Part shown: positions 28,266-38,313 of the stretch, piece after piece
Layout: each line of letters starts with the position of its first letter
How positions within the stretch are numbered: the first letter of the stretch is position 1
Source: an uncultured Spirochaetales bacterium
GTDB taxonomy: Bacteria; Spirochaetota; Spirochaetia; Sphaerochaetales; Sphaerochaetaceae
Reading direction: 5' to 3'
Length of the DNA: 64,000 bases
Assembly: GCA_949285785.1 (NCBI GenBank)
Contig: CASEAG010000028.1
Coordinates: 165,161-229,160 of the forward strand
The notes under the pieces: generated by a model
Seen by the model: only the letters and a program-made list of their open reading frames with translations
What the model was told of the DNA's origin: nothing
The model's database searches: none
Position numbers and translations under genes: made by a program

Positions 28266-29020
28266 GACTTGCCTTATGCAGCCTGAGGAAGATGTTCTGC
28301 TATGCGTTCTTCGGAGCAGGCGGTCTGTTCATCGGGCTTGTCGTGCTGACTGTGGAGCGGATACTGATCCATCCCGCATCCAGGTACAGGAGAATCGGAA
28401 GGCTCACGATCACATATTCGCACCGCTTCTTCGTGAAGGTGATGAAGCTCCTTGGCCTCATAAGAATCACAGGTCCACTTCCTGACGTATCGGGACTCGA
28501 GGGGAAGATAGTCGCCCCTAACCACCCTTCCCTGATTGATGTGGTCATACTCTTCTCGTTGATTCCAGGTGCCAACTGCATAGTCAATGGAAACCTTACG
28601 AAAGGTCCTCTGCGCTTCATAATAAACCAGCTGTACATAGTGAACTCCGAAGACATCGACATGCTGGTCGAGGACTGCTGCACTTCCCTTACGGCAGGAG
28701 ACACGCTCATCATCTTCCCCGAGGGGACCAGGACAAGAAGGGACAAGCCGATCACGCTCAAACGTGGCACGACACTGATATCGATCATGTCTGGCGCCTC
28801 CATCGTTCCGTTCTTCATCAGGGGAAACGACAAGAAAGGCCTTCAGAAGAAGGACCATTTCTGGAGCATAAACGACGACGGGTATTATACCTACGAGATT
28901 ACAAGAAGTCCTGACGAGCTCGAGGCGGGTTCATACTACACAGGACATCCACGAAACGACTCCATACGCATGATGGAGGATCTCGAGACGATTCTGAGGG
29001 AGAACATACAGCAGCAATGA
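28250..29020 (+). CDS. PlsC-type lysophospholipid acyltransferase (ApeD-like)
   Basis: NHPSLID (HxxxxD) and FPEGTR, with an N-terminal TM segment. Confidence 0.85.
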   Translation: MGHRIRLALCSLRKMFCYAFFGAGGLFIGLVVLTVERILIHPASRYRRIGRLTITYSHRFFVKVMKLLGLIRITGPLPDVSGLEGKIVAPNHPSLIDVVILFSLIPGANCIVNGNLTKGPLRFIINQLYIVNSEDIDMLVEDCCTSLTAGDTLIIFPEGTRTRRDKPITLKRGTTLISIMSGASIVPFFIRGNDKKGLQKKDHFWSINDDGYYTYEITRSPDELEAGSYYTGHPRNDSIRMMEDLETILRENIQQQ

Positions 29021-29937
29021 CACGATATGCATTCCTTTTCTCTGGGCAGGGAGCCCAGTACACCGGCATGGGTCGCGAGATTCATGATGCGTTCCCATCT
29101 GCAAGGAAGGTCTTCGAACTATCCAGTGAGATAAGCGGAAGAGACATCGCCGCTCTCTGCTTCAATGCAGACGAGAGCGAGCTGTCCATGACGGAGAACA
29201 CGCAGATTGCAGTTCTCACATGTGAGCTGGCGACTCTTGCAGTCCTCCAGGAGAAAGGAATCACCCCCTGTGCCGTTGCCGGGTTCTCGCTTGGCGAATA
29301 CGCGGCCCTTGTCGCCGCCGGTGTCATGTCCCCCTCCGATGCGATACGCATCATAAACATTAGGGCCAGGGCCATGCAGGAATCGGTCCCCGCCGGCTGT
29401 GGAGCAATGGCAGCGGTCAAGAAATGTCCGTCTTCGAAGATCGAGGAGATCTGCTCACGGATCCAGGGAGTGTGGCCGGTGAACTACAACAGCCCTGAAC
29501 AGACCGTCATCAGCGGCCTGGGCGACAGCGTCGAGAAGGCGGTCGAATGCCTGAGAGCGGAGAAATACAGATCCGTGATCCTTCCTGTAAGCGCCCCTTT
29601 CCACACCCCGCTGATGGAGAAGGCCCGCAAGGTGCTCGAAGACGAGTTCAGCTCACTCGCCTTCAAAGATTCATCAATTCCTGTCTTCATGGACTACGAC
29701 GGCATGCCTGCCCATGATGCGCATGAGATAAGAAGCAGGCTGCTCCTCCAGACGGTCAGCCCGGTCAGATGGCTGGACATCCAGAACAACCTTGCATCAT
29801 CGGACCCGGATCTCGACTACATCGAGATAGGCCCTGGCCATACGCTTTCATCCTTCCTGTCGAAGACCATAGGCAGGACGGCATCCACGACGAACACGAT
29901 CGAGGAGATCACAATGGCATGTTCCCATGCCGTGTGA
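29017..29937 (+). CDS. fabD: Malonyl-CoA:ACP transacylase
   Basis: Motifs FSGQGAQY, GFSLGEY, NYNSPEQTVISG, LPVSAPFH and PVRW. Confidence 0.9.
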   Translation: MTRYAFLFSGQGAQYTGMGREIHDAFPSARKVFELSSEISGRDIAALCFNADESELSMTENTQIAVLTCELATLAVLQEKGITPCAVAGFSLGEYAALVAAGVMSPSDAIRIINIRARAMQESVPAGCGAMAAVKKCPSSKIEEICSRIQGVWPVNYNSPEQTVISGLGDSVEKAVECLRAEKYRSVILPVSAPFHTPLMEKARKVLEDEFSSLAFKDSSIPVFMDYDGMPAHDAHEIRSRLLLQTVSPVRWLDIQNNLASSDPDLDYIEIGPGHTLSSFLSKTIGRTASTTNTIEEITMACSHAV

Positions 29938-31393
29938 CGTCCCTCTTCTTCGTCCGAAGCACATCAAGTGAGGCTATCAGCCTGTCCCTGGTCTCCTGGG
30001 GAAGTATGACATCGTCCACAAGCAGGGAGTCATGTGCCGGGTACGGGCTATAGAACTCCGCCTTGTATTCTTCTTCCAGACGTCGTCTCTCATCCGCTGC
30101 CATACCGGCCCTGATACGCTTTCCGTGCAGTATCGCAACCGCACCATCTGCACCCATGACAGCGATCTGGGCTCCAGGCCATGCGTATACGAAATCGGCA
30201 CCGAGGCTCTTCGATCCCATTGCGATATAGGCACCACCGAAGGCCTTGCGCAGAATCACGGTCACCATCGGGACCGATGCCTCGGCATATGCATACAGCA
30301 TCTTCGCACCATGGTTGATGATCGCGTTCGCCTCCTGTTCGACACCAGGCATGAATGCCGGAACATCAACGAAGGTGACCAAGGGGATGCCGAAGCAGTC
30401 ACAGAACCTGACAAAGCGGCTCATCTTCATCGCAGCCTTGTAGTCTATGGCACCTGCAAGCTGCCTTGGCTGGTTCGCGACGACGCCAACGGTCCGCCCG
30501 TCAAGTCTGGCAAGGGCCGTGACCGCATTGCGCGCATACAGGCTCTTCATCTCGAATATGCTTCCGCTGTCGAAGACGGCCTCGAGGACATCCATGATGT
30601 CGTATGAACGACGCTCATCCTCAGGAACAATCCCTTCCGGTGTGCGCTGGGGCTGAATCACGGGAACATCGTTCTCCTGACTGCAGGGCAGATACGAGAT
30701 GAACCGTCTGACAGCATCGATACATTCCTTCTCCGTATCCGAGACATGATGTACGACGCCGCTTGTGCCTGCATGTATCCGCCAGCCGCCAAGCTCCTCC
30801 GCACTGCACTCCTGGAAGAGCACGGACTTCGTGACGGCAGGCCCAGTGAGGAACATCTGACCCATCGACTTGACAGTGAACACTGCGTCCATCAGCGCTG
30901 GAGAATAGCAGGCGCCACCGGCTGCAGGGCCCATCACCATGGCGATCTGGGGAATCAGACCGGAATACCTGACATTCCTTCTGAAGATCCGGCCATAGCC
31001 GTCGAGGGAGTCGACACCGGATTCGATGCGTGCACCGCCGCCATCGTTCATCGATATGAAAGGAGAACCGGTGGATGCCGCCATATCAAGGATACGGCAG
31101 ACCTTGCCGGCATGGACCGGTCCAGTCGTCCCCCCTCTGGTGCAGAAGTCCTCCGCTGCGCAGAATACGGTTCTGCCTCCGACAAGGCCATAGCCGGTGA
31201 TGACACCGTCACCGGGACTTGCCCCGTCATCATCACACGAAAAGGCGAACATCTCATGGAACGTCCCCTCGTCGAACAGCAAGGCGATGCGTTCTCTTGC
31301 GCTCATCCTCCCCTTCGCCTTCTGCCGTGCCGAGCAGGCAGGATCCTCAAGTGCTTTTCTCCTGTCGACCAGCGTCTCTTCAGCCTTCGTCAT
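29909..31393 (-). CDS. Acyl-CoA carboxylase carboxyltransferase subunit (PccB/MmdA-like)
   Basis: Motifs ARERIALLFDEGTF, GGGARIESG, GPAAGGACYSPAL, VDVPAF, RKAFGGAY and C-terminal HGNMPL. Confidence 0.9.
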   Translation of the reverse strand: MTKAEETLVDRRKALEDPACSARQKAKGRMSARERIALLFDEGTFHEMFAFSCDDDGASPGDGVITGYGLVGGRTVFCAAEDFCTRGGTTGPVHAGKVCRILDMAASTGSPFISMNDGGGARIESGVDSLDGYGRIFRRNVRYSGLIPQIAMVMGPAAGGACYSPALMDAVFTVKSMGQMFLTGPAVTKSVLFQECSAEELGGWRIHAGTSGVVHHVSDTEKECIDAVRRFISYLPCSQENDVPVIQPQRTPEGIVPEDERRSYDIMDVLEAVFDSGSIFEMKSLYARNAVTALARLDGRTVGVVANQPRQLAGAIDYKAAMKMSRFVRFCDCFGIPLVTFVDVPAFMPGVEQEANAIINHGAKMLYAYAEASVPMVTVILRKAFGGAYIAMGSKSLGADFVYAWPGAQIAVMGADGAVAILHGKRIRAGMAADERRRLEEEYKAEFYSPYPAHDSLLVDDVILPQETRDRLIASLDVLRTKKRDVTRHGNMPL

Positions 31394-31394
31394 G

Positions 31395-32612
31395 TCAACA
31401 CCTCTTGAAGATCAGCGACGTGTTGATCCCTCCGAAGGCGAAGTTGTTGGACATGACATACTGCGCATCAATCGTCCGGCCTGTACCGGTGATGTAATCG
31501 AGCTGGGCACATTCGGGATCGACATCCTTCAGATTTATGTTCGGGCAGAACCAGCCATCCCTCATCATGAGGATGGTCGACCATGCCTCGATCGCTCCGC
31601 AGGCGCCAAGCGTATGCCCCGTATAGTTCTTCAGCGTCGACACGGGAACATCCGGGCCAAAGACATCGTGTACGGCATTCGTCTCGACGATGTCTCCGGA
31701 CACGGTGGCGGTGCCATGCATGTTTATGTATGCGATGTCCTTCGCCTCGATTCCGGCGCTTTCCAGCGACATTCTCATGACACGGGCTATGGTGACTCCG
31801 TTCGGATGCGTGATGTGTACACCATCGGTATTCGTCGCGAAACCTGCGATCTCGGCATAGATTCTGGCGCCTCTTGCGATGGCATGCTCATACTCCTCGA
31901 GAATCAGGGTTCCTGCCCCTTCTCCGACCACAAGGCCATCCCTGTTCCTGTCATATGCCCTGGGAGTGACCTCAGGAGTCTCGTTCAACGTGGAAGCCGA
32001 GAGGATGGAATCGAATACGGCCGCATCTGCAGGTGTAAGCTCCTCGGCGCCACCGGCTATCATGATGTCCTGCACCCCATTCCGGATCGCCTCATAGGCA
32101 TAGCCGATGGACATGCTTCCGGAAGTGCATGCCGTATTGGTCGTGATCAGACGGCCCGTAAGCCCGTAGCGGACCGAGAGATTGGCGGCACAGGTCTGAG
32201 GCATCGCCTTGATGTATGTCGTCGGAGACACGCTCTTCGAGGAGTAGTTCAGGAGGAGGCCATAGAAGTCCAGCAGTCCATCGACATTGCCGGCAGAGGA
32301 GCCGTAGGCGATGCCGGCCCTTCCCGCCTTGAGCTCGTCGCTACCCAGCAGGCCGGCCTTCTCGAGGGCGGTTTCGGTTGCGTTGAGCGCCAGGATGGCG
32401 ACTCTTCCCATCCCTCTGAGCTCCTTGCGGGAGAAGTCCCTAAGCTGTGCGGTGACAGGAGCGGCAAGCGTCGTCCTCAAGCCCTTGTACTTCTGCCAGT
32501 CGGGAATGCTCACGACCTTGTTATGGCATGCCTTTAGACATGCAAGCACATCCTCATCCTCGATTCCCAGGGAAGAGACCACGCTTCCTCCCGTGACTAC
32601 GACTCTTCTCAT
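31395..32612 (-). CDS. fabF: Beta-ketoacyl-ACP synthase (FabF-type, ApeR-like)
   Basis: Cys-His-His triad in NTACTSG, HGTAT and GHTLGACG. C-terminal SNNFAFGG. Confidence 0.9.
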   Translation of the reverse strand: MRRVVVTGGSVVSSLGIEDEDVLACLKACHNKVVSIPDWQKYKGLRTTLAAPVTAQLRDFSRKELRGMGRVAILALNATETALEKAGLLGSDELKAGRAGIAYGSSAGNVDGLLDFYGLLLNYSSKSVSPTTYIKAMPQTCAANLSVRYGLTGRLITTNTACTSGSMSIGYAYEAIRNGVQDIMIAGGAEELTPADAAVFDSILSASTLNETPEVTPRAYDRNRDGLVVGEGAGTLILEEYEHAIARGARIYAEIAGFATNTDGVHITHPNGVTIARVMRMSLESAGIEAKDIAYINMHGTATVSGDIVETNAVHDVFGPDVPVSTLKNYTGHTLGACGAIEAWSTILMMRDGWFCPNINLKDVDPECAQLDYITGTGRTIDAQYVMSNNFAFGGINTSLIFKRC

Positions 32613-33343
32613 CAGCACATTCCTCCATTTATGGATATGACCTGCCTAGTGATGTATCCCGCATCGTCACCAAGCAGGAAGGCGACCAGAGAGGCTATCT
32701 CGTCCGGCTTTCCAAGCCTGTTCATCGGAACCATCTCGAGCATTCTGTCCAGAGGAAGCCCTTGGATCATGTCAGTCTCTATTATTCCGGGAGCGACGAC
32801 ATTCACGGTTATGTTGCGCGTCGCCACCTCCAGTGCCAGCGCCTTGGCCGCGCCGATCAGGCCGGCCTTCGCCGCGCTGTAGTTGACCTGTCCCTTGTTG
32901 CCCATGACGCCTGAAACCGACGAGATGGCCACGACACGGCCACGACGCTTCTTGCACATGCTCATCATCGCAGGCCGCAGGACATTGTAGAACCCATCAA
33001 GATTTGTATGTATGACGGAATCCCAGTCATCATCATCCATCGCGACGAGAAGGTTGTCACGGCAGATGCCGGCATTGAGCACTATGCCCCAGAACGCACC
33101 GTTCTCCTGGATGTATCCCTCTATCGCATTCCGGCATTCCTCACGGTCCGCTATGTCGAACACGATGCTCCCTGCCTGTCCTCCAAGGCCACGGATCTCC
33201 TCCTCGAGAGCCTTAGCCCTATCGATGGAGCTCTTTCTGCAGTTCAGGACGACATGGTATCCTTCGGATGCCAGACGAAGGCTCACTGCCCTGCCGATTC
33301 CGCGTAGTGCGCCTGTGACCAGAACGCTTTTACCCTTATCCAT
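32612..33343 (-). CDS. fabG: 3-oxoacyl-ACP reductase (ApeQ-like)
   Basis: Motifs TGALRGIG, NAGICRD, GQVNYSAAK and VAPGIIETDM. Confidence 0.9.
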   Translation of the reverse strand: MDKGKSVLVTGALRGIGRAVSLRLASEGYHVVLNCRKSSIDRAKALEEEIRGLGGQAGSIVFDIADREECRNAIEGYIQENGAFWGIVLNAGICRDNLLVAMDDDDWDSVIHTNLDGFYNVLRPAMMSMCKKRRGRVVAISSVSGVMGNKGQVNYSAAKAGLIGAAKALALEVATRNITVNVVAPGIIETDMIQGLPLDRMLEMVPMNRLGKPDEIASLVAFLLGDDAGYITRQVISINGGMC

Positions 33344-33812
33344 CAATCACCTCTTCAATGAAATCCATATCGTCAACGGAGAGCACAAGCAGATCGCCTT
33401 CGGCAACCAGCTCGTCACCGGAGAGCACCTGTCCATGGAACGAGAATATCCCTCCTGGGAGAATCGCATCCGAATGCACCTGTATCGTGACCTCCTCGTC
33501 CTCCTGGAACCATGCCCTTGAACACCTGAAGTCGGACACCCTCAGAATGAATCCGATGGACGGCTCCTCGCTATGGTTGTAGTCCATGATCTGCGAATAC
33601 GCGCTGATCGTCTGTGCAATGAGCTCGAACGACACATATGTAGGCGTACGACCATCGCGGAAGAACGGAGAGCCGGCATCGAGCGTGGCGTGGCATGTCA
33701 GTCCGTCATCCTGCATGGAAAGCACGCCATCGATCAGCAGCATGTCCTCGCGATGCGGCACGACGAAGCCCATGTTCTCCTTTCCCATCAATGGCAGCTC
33801 TATGTTCTTCAT
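33336..33812 (-). CDS. Hotdog-fold 3-hydroxyacyl-ACP dehydratase (ApeP-like)
   Basis: Motifs VPHREDMLLID, ELIAQ and GFILRV. GGAGG RBS. Confidence 0.8.
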   Translation of the reverse strand: MKNIELPLMGKENMGFVVPHREDMLLIDGVLSMQDDGLTCHATLDAGSPFFRDGRTPTYVSFELIAQTISAYSQIMDYNHSEEPSIGFILRVSDFRCSRAWFQEDEEVTIQVHSDAILPGGIFSFHGQVLSGDELVAEGDLLVLSVDDMDFIEEVIDG

Positions 33813-34945
33813 CCCTCGACCTCCATGAGTAAAAGCGAGTTGGAACCGCCGAATGCAAATGCATTCGAAATCGCGGCATGTATCTCGCACCGCTGCCCGG
33901 CCTTCACGAAATCAAGCTGGGGAATGGTCTCGTCCAGCTCTCCATCGAATACATGTGGAGGCAGCAGACAGGGCTGGCTGGATGCAAGGCACATCGCGCT
34001 TATGACGGTGCCGAACGCACCTGCAGCGCCCAGAGTATGTCCGGTGATGGACTTCGTGCTCGACACCTTCACTCCATGAGGGAAGACCTGTGAGATCACC
34101 TGGGCCTCCATCGCATCGTTGACTCTGGTACCGGTTCCATGGAGATTCACATAGCCGATGTCCTCCGGTCTGCGGACCGCCATGGCCAATGCCCTGTGGT
34201 AGATGTCGATCACGGCACTGCCCTGCGGATCCGGGCTGGTCATGTTGTATCCATCGCTGGACTCGCCGAAGCCGGTGATCATGACAGGAAAGTCGAACAC
34301 CTTGTCCCTGGATATGAAATACAGGGCGGCACCGTCCCCGAGCGTCGTGCCCTTCCTGTTCCTGCTGAACGGATCGACTCTTTCGTCGCTGATCGCAGAC
34401 AGGCAATGGAAGCCGGCGGTGATGATGTCGCTTGCGAAATCGATTCCACCCACCAGCATCGCGTCCACCTCACCGGCTGCGATGAGATCCATTGCACGTA
34501 TAGCGGCGACATTGCCTGAAGAGCAGGCGGTGGCCACTGCGAAGGAAGGCCCCTCTAGCCCGAGTCCGGCAGCGACCTTCTCGACAGGATGATAGGGATT
34601 CTGGAAGTCGACATGATAGTCGCCGAACGTCCCGGTCGCGAGAAAGGACGCGTGTTCCCTGGTGGCGTTCTGGCTGTTGTAGTCGCATCCACCAAGCGCG
34701 ACGCCGACCCTTTCAGCCCCATATCTGGAAACAAGGGCAGAAGCCTGCGCTCTGCATGCTTCGACCGCCTTGGCGAGAATCGCATTGAACACATCGGGAT
34801 CCATGGACGGATACCTGACGACGAGGTGCCCGTCTTCATTGCGCACGAAATGGCTGGTATCGCCTGCGAGACAGGCAGCCATGAAGCTGTCGACATCGTC
34901 GCCCAGAGGACTGATCACGACAGGATAGGACATATGGTATCTCAT
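33809..34945 (-). CDS. Beta-ketoacyl-ACP synthase (ApeO-like)
   Basis: Motifs ATACSSG, HGTGTRVNDAME, KSITGHTLGAAG and SNAFAFGG. Confidence 0.85.
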   Translation of the reverse strand: MRYHMSYPVVISPLGDDVDSFMAACLAGDTSHFVRNEDGHLVVRYPSMDPDVFNAILAKAVEACRAQASALVSRYGAERVGVALGGCDYNSQNATREHASFLATGTFGDYHVDFQNPYHPVEKVAAGLGLEGPSFAVATACSSGNVAAIRAMDLIAAGEVDAMLVGGIDFASDIITAGFHCLSAISDERVDPFSRNRKGTTLGDGAALYFISRDKVFDFPVMITGFGESSDGYNMTSPDPQGSAVIDIYHRALAMAVRRPEDIGYVNLHGTGTRVNDAMEAQVISQVFPHGVKVSSTKSITGHTLGAAGAFGTVISAMCLASSQPCLLPPHVFDGELDETIPQLDFVKAGQRCEIHAAISNAFAFGGSNSLLLMEVEG

Positions 34946-35514
34946 AACAGACTCGTCACCTCATATCTGTATCCTCTCAGAGGATTCTCGACTTTCATGT
35001 AACCGCCCTGCCGGACACATGTCCAGACAGGAGTTCCATCATCGGCTATCGTGAGGACATGTCCACCATCGATCTCATCGATGGAAAGCTGGAGGCCGGC
35101 AGACTCCACCGCATAGCGGACGGCCGTCTGGTCGTACGTCGCGAGCTGTAGATCGGCGACGATGTATTCGGCCTTGATTCCGCCTGCAGGTATGAATGGA
35201 GATGAGAACGTCACGTTCTCGCCATCCCATATGATCGTGCAGATGGTCTGGCCACTGGTGGACAGCACGGTCATGTCGAGCTTGTGCTCATCCTCATAGA
35301 GATAGGCCTCCATCATGAACTCCTCGTCCCCGTAGGAGCCGATCAGCAGCTGGTAGTCCTCGAACGGAGCACCCACGGCAGAGGGCGGCAGAAGGCTGAT
35401 GGCCTTCTCGTCCGTCAGATAGACACCATCCGGAACCCTGGTTGATTCACATGCAACCAGACATATAATTGTCAATGATGCAAAGAACAACATCACACGC
35501 TTCTTCATCTTCAA
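34942..35514 (-). CDS. Lipoprotein, DUF3261-like (ApeN-like)
   Basis: Signal peptide with lipobox LVA-C, YIVADLQLATY, and a position matching apeN. Confidence 0.7.
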   Translation of the reverse strand: MKMKKRVMLFFASLTIICLVACESTRVPDGVYLTDEKAISLLPPSAVGAPFEDYQLLIGSYGDEEFMMEAYLYEDEHKLDMTVLSTSGQTICTIIWDGENVTFSSPFIPAGGIKAEYIVADLQLATYDQTAVRYAVESAGLQLSIDEIDGGHVLTIADDGTPVWTCVRQGGYMKVENPLRGYRYEVTSLL

Positions 35515-35564
35515 CTCCTCATCGTCCCCTCATCCTGATCGATCGACGGGATGACAGGACATCC

Positions 35565-36056
35565 ATGCAGCTGGTAGGCCAATGCATGTCATCCGTTTTC
35601 GGCATACCGGAAACCGACATCACCTTCGCCCGCGGCGAGAACAGCAAGCCCTTCTGCCCCGGCATCCCCATTGCATTCAACGTCTCGCATTCACGGGATT
35701 TCATCGCCGCATCGTTCGTGCCGAATGGAGAGGCCACAGGCTGCGACCTCCAGGCGGACAGGCCCGGGTACTCGCAGTGCGAGATCGCGGCACTGCAGTT
35801 CACCAGAGAGGAGAGACGGCTGCTCGAAGAACGCACGGTGCCGTTCTTCCTGCTCTGGGCGATGAAGGAGTCGTATGTCAAGTTCAACGCCTGGAGCGTA
35901 TTCGACATGCCTTCCTTCTCGGTCCTTCCGATCGCCGATTCCTTCGACCTCTTCTCTTTCAGTTCCAACGACTGCACTTACTACCTCTCCATATATCCCG
36001 CAATCCAGTCACCTGAAATCATCGCTCCCTTCTCTCTGCGCACAGAGCACATATGA
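35565..36056 (+). CDS. 4'-phosphopantetheinyl transferase (Sfp/AcpT-type)
   Basis: Motifs GENSKP, FNVSHS, GCDLQ and FFLLWAMKESYVK. The start is uncertain (35469-35565). Confidence 0.8.
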   Translation: MQLVGQCMSSVFGIPETDITFARGENSKPFCPGIPIAFNVSHSRDFIAASFVPNGEATGCDLQADRPGYSQCEIAALQFTREERRLLEERTVPFFLLWAMKESYVKFNAWSVFDMPSFSVLPIADSFDLFSFSSNDCTYYLSIYPAIQSPEIIAPFSLRTEHI

Positions 36057-38313
36057 ACGCGGTGGTGATGCCGATCATCACCGTCACTCCGAATATGTGC
36101 ACCGGGCGGAATGAGCTCAAGGCAAGCGTACCGAAGCTCAATGCCGTCGTGACATAGCACATCGCAATGGCGAATATCGGGGAGTGCTCGCTATTGCCTG
36201 CAAATACCATGTAGTCCAGCCCGAGTCCTATCACGAGAAGCATACCGACCGCAAAGAAGAAGTCGAGATCCTGGCCAAGAAGCGGCATGCTCGACAACAG
36301 GACCGCCACGATCACGACAGGTGACATCGCAAGCTTCAGCCCCTTCTTCCTGAAGACCGCTATGGTCAGGACGATTATGATGACGAAGGCGATCACGAAG
36401 ATCTTCAACAGAATCATCGTCAGCTCGTCGAGCTGATGGTTTATGTCGTCCACCTTCTGGAAATAGGTCACGCCATCATATGACGCGGCAATGGACTTCA
36501 TGTCCACGGATGGATCGATGTCGAATATCATGACGACGATGTAGTATCTGTCGTCGATCCGGCCCGCGATGAGCTGGCCGAGCAGATCTCCCAGGGAGGC
36601 GGGAAGATCATCGAAGTACAGGATTCCATTGGCATCGTCCAGTTCCGACATCGCGGCTGTTGAATCGATTCCCAGCCTGTCGCACTGGTCCTGGAGGAGA
36701 GGGCGGAGGCTGCGGGCCACCTCGAGGCTCCTGAGCTGGCTGCTGGGTGGCGGAATGAAGAGCGAAGGCGACAGATAACCTCCGACGAGGCCCTCGTCCT
36801 GAAGCTGTGCAAGCCGTCGTGAGAACTCGTATTCATTCTCTCTGGCATCCGCCTCGTCGACACCTTCCACAATCGCATAGTTCGAGCTCATGAAGCCCAT
36901 CACGCTGCCGACGGTGATCTCGCTTTCGAGCAGTCTGTCGCTCATCTGGTAAAGGTCGGCGACGCTGTTCCTGACATGCAGGTCCTTTGCCGTGAACGCA
37001 AGCATGCACAGGGAGACCACGACCAGCGGAAGCAGGAAGGACCTGTGCTCAGGCATGGGCTTCAGCCTCCAGGCCAGCGCCTTCTCATTGACCATCCCGG
37101 GACGGATCAGCAGCGGGAAGATGCCCATGACGACCAGGAAGGATCCCAGAAGACCGAAGAACGAGAACACGCCCACCTGCCGCAGGATGTCATACGGGCT
37201 GAAGACGATGAGTGCGTAGCAAAGGACAGTGGAGGCGAAGCTGACTGCGAGGTTCTTGGACAGGAGGCGTGTGATGGAGAACGAATCCTCCCCCTTCTCT
37301 CTCCTGGCATAGGCAAGATAATAGTGAATCGAATAGTCTATGCTGGTACCGATCAGCGAAGTGCCGAATATCATGGTGAGGATGTGGATGTCCTTGAAGA
37401 AAACGCACAACGAGGCGAACGCGGCACCGAGCGAGAAGGCGATTCCAAGAAGGAAGAGGCCGATCACATGGACATTGCGCAGCAGAATGAGGAACATCAC
37501 CACGATCAGGAGAATCGATATTCCGGTTATGATGGCGATCTCCTTCTGGGCGTTGGAGGCGCTCTCGAAGCTGTGGAACGGGAAACCGGAATAGCTTACG
37601 CTGAGACCGGGCGTGGACGATGCGATGTCGTCCCCTACTTCATATATGACTCCGACTCCGCCATCAGTGTTTGTGATGTCGAGGCTCTCCTGCGACAGCG
37701 CACCCTGTAGCAGGACATACCACATTCCCTCGTACTGGGTTGCAAGCACCCCCTCCTTCGGCATCACGGGGGATATTGAAGAAGCCTTTTCGGCAAGATC
37801 CGTCACGATTGCGCTGTCCACAAGGAACGGGTCCCTGTCGAGGGAATCGAGCGAAGCCAGCGAGAAGGGAGAATAGATCGCCGCAAGCGAATTCATCTGG
37901 AACTGCCCAGGGGATTCGAGGATCTCCTCCTGCACCGACTCGGGCAGCAGCGCGTATCTGTATCCATCGAGCATCCTGGAGACTTCTGACATGTCGAAGG
38001 AGCCGGTACTCGAAAGCGAGAGCTCATCGAACACGCCCGTTCCTTCCATCCTTTCATGGAACTCGACGGCCGCAGCCCTTGCAACCTCGAAGTCCTCATG
38101 GCCGAAGAGGATGTTCGCGCTCCCGTTCTGCTTCGCGACGAACTGCCCTTCCGCCTTGCTTACGCCCTCCGGGATTCCGTATGTAGGGATCATGGACATG
38201 AAGTCCGTAGTGATCGAGACACGGCCGGACAGGACGAATGCGACCGACAGGACGGCAAGTATGAGGAAATAGGCCACTGCAGCAATGCTATATTTCGAAA
38301 AGTGCATTCTCAT
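36019..38313 (-). CDS. MMPL/RND-like exporter (ApeM-like)
   Basis: Two TM bundles with FGTSLIGTSIDYSIHY and VIGLGLDYMVF, plus TALSFGTLALSSF. Confidence 0.85.
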   Translation of the reverse strand: MRMHFSKYSIAAVAYFLILAVLSVAFVLSGRVSITTDFMSMIPTYGIPEGVSKAEGQFVAKQNGSANILFGHEDFEVARAAAVEFHERMEGTGVFDELSLSSTGSFDMSEVSRMLDGYRYALLPESVQEEILESPGQFQMNSLAAIYSPFSLASLDSLDRDPFLVDSAIVTDLAEKASSISPVMPKEGVLATQYEGMWYVLLQGALSQESLDITNTDGGVGVIYEVGDDIASSTPGLSVSYSGFPFHSFESASNAQKEIAIITGISILLIVVMFLILLRNVHVIGLFLLGIAFSLGAAFASLCVFFKDIHILTMIFGTSLIGTSIDYSIHYYLAYARREKGEDSFSITRLLSKNLAVSFASTVLCYALIVFSPYDILRQVGVFSFFGLLGSFLVVMGIFPLLIRPGMVNEKALAWRLKPMPEHRSFLLPLVVVSLCMLAFTAKDLHVRNSVADLYQMSDRLLESEITVGSVMGFMSSNYAIVEGVDEADARENEYEFSRRLAQLQDEGLVGGYLSPSLFIPPPSSQLRSLEVARSLRPLLQDQCDRLGIDSTAAMSELDDANGILYFDDLPASLGDLLGQLIAGRIDDRYYIVVMIFDIDPSVDMKSIAASYDGVTYFQKVDDINHQLDELTMILLKIFVIAFVIIIVLTIAVFRKKGLKLAMSPVVIVAVLLSSMPLLGQDLDFFFAVGMLLVIGLGLDYMVFAGNSEHSPIFAIAMCYVTTALSFGTLALSSFRPVHIFGVTVMIGITTAFICALCAERRER

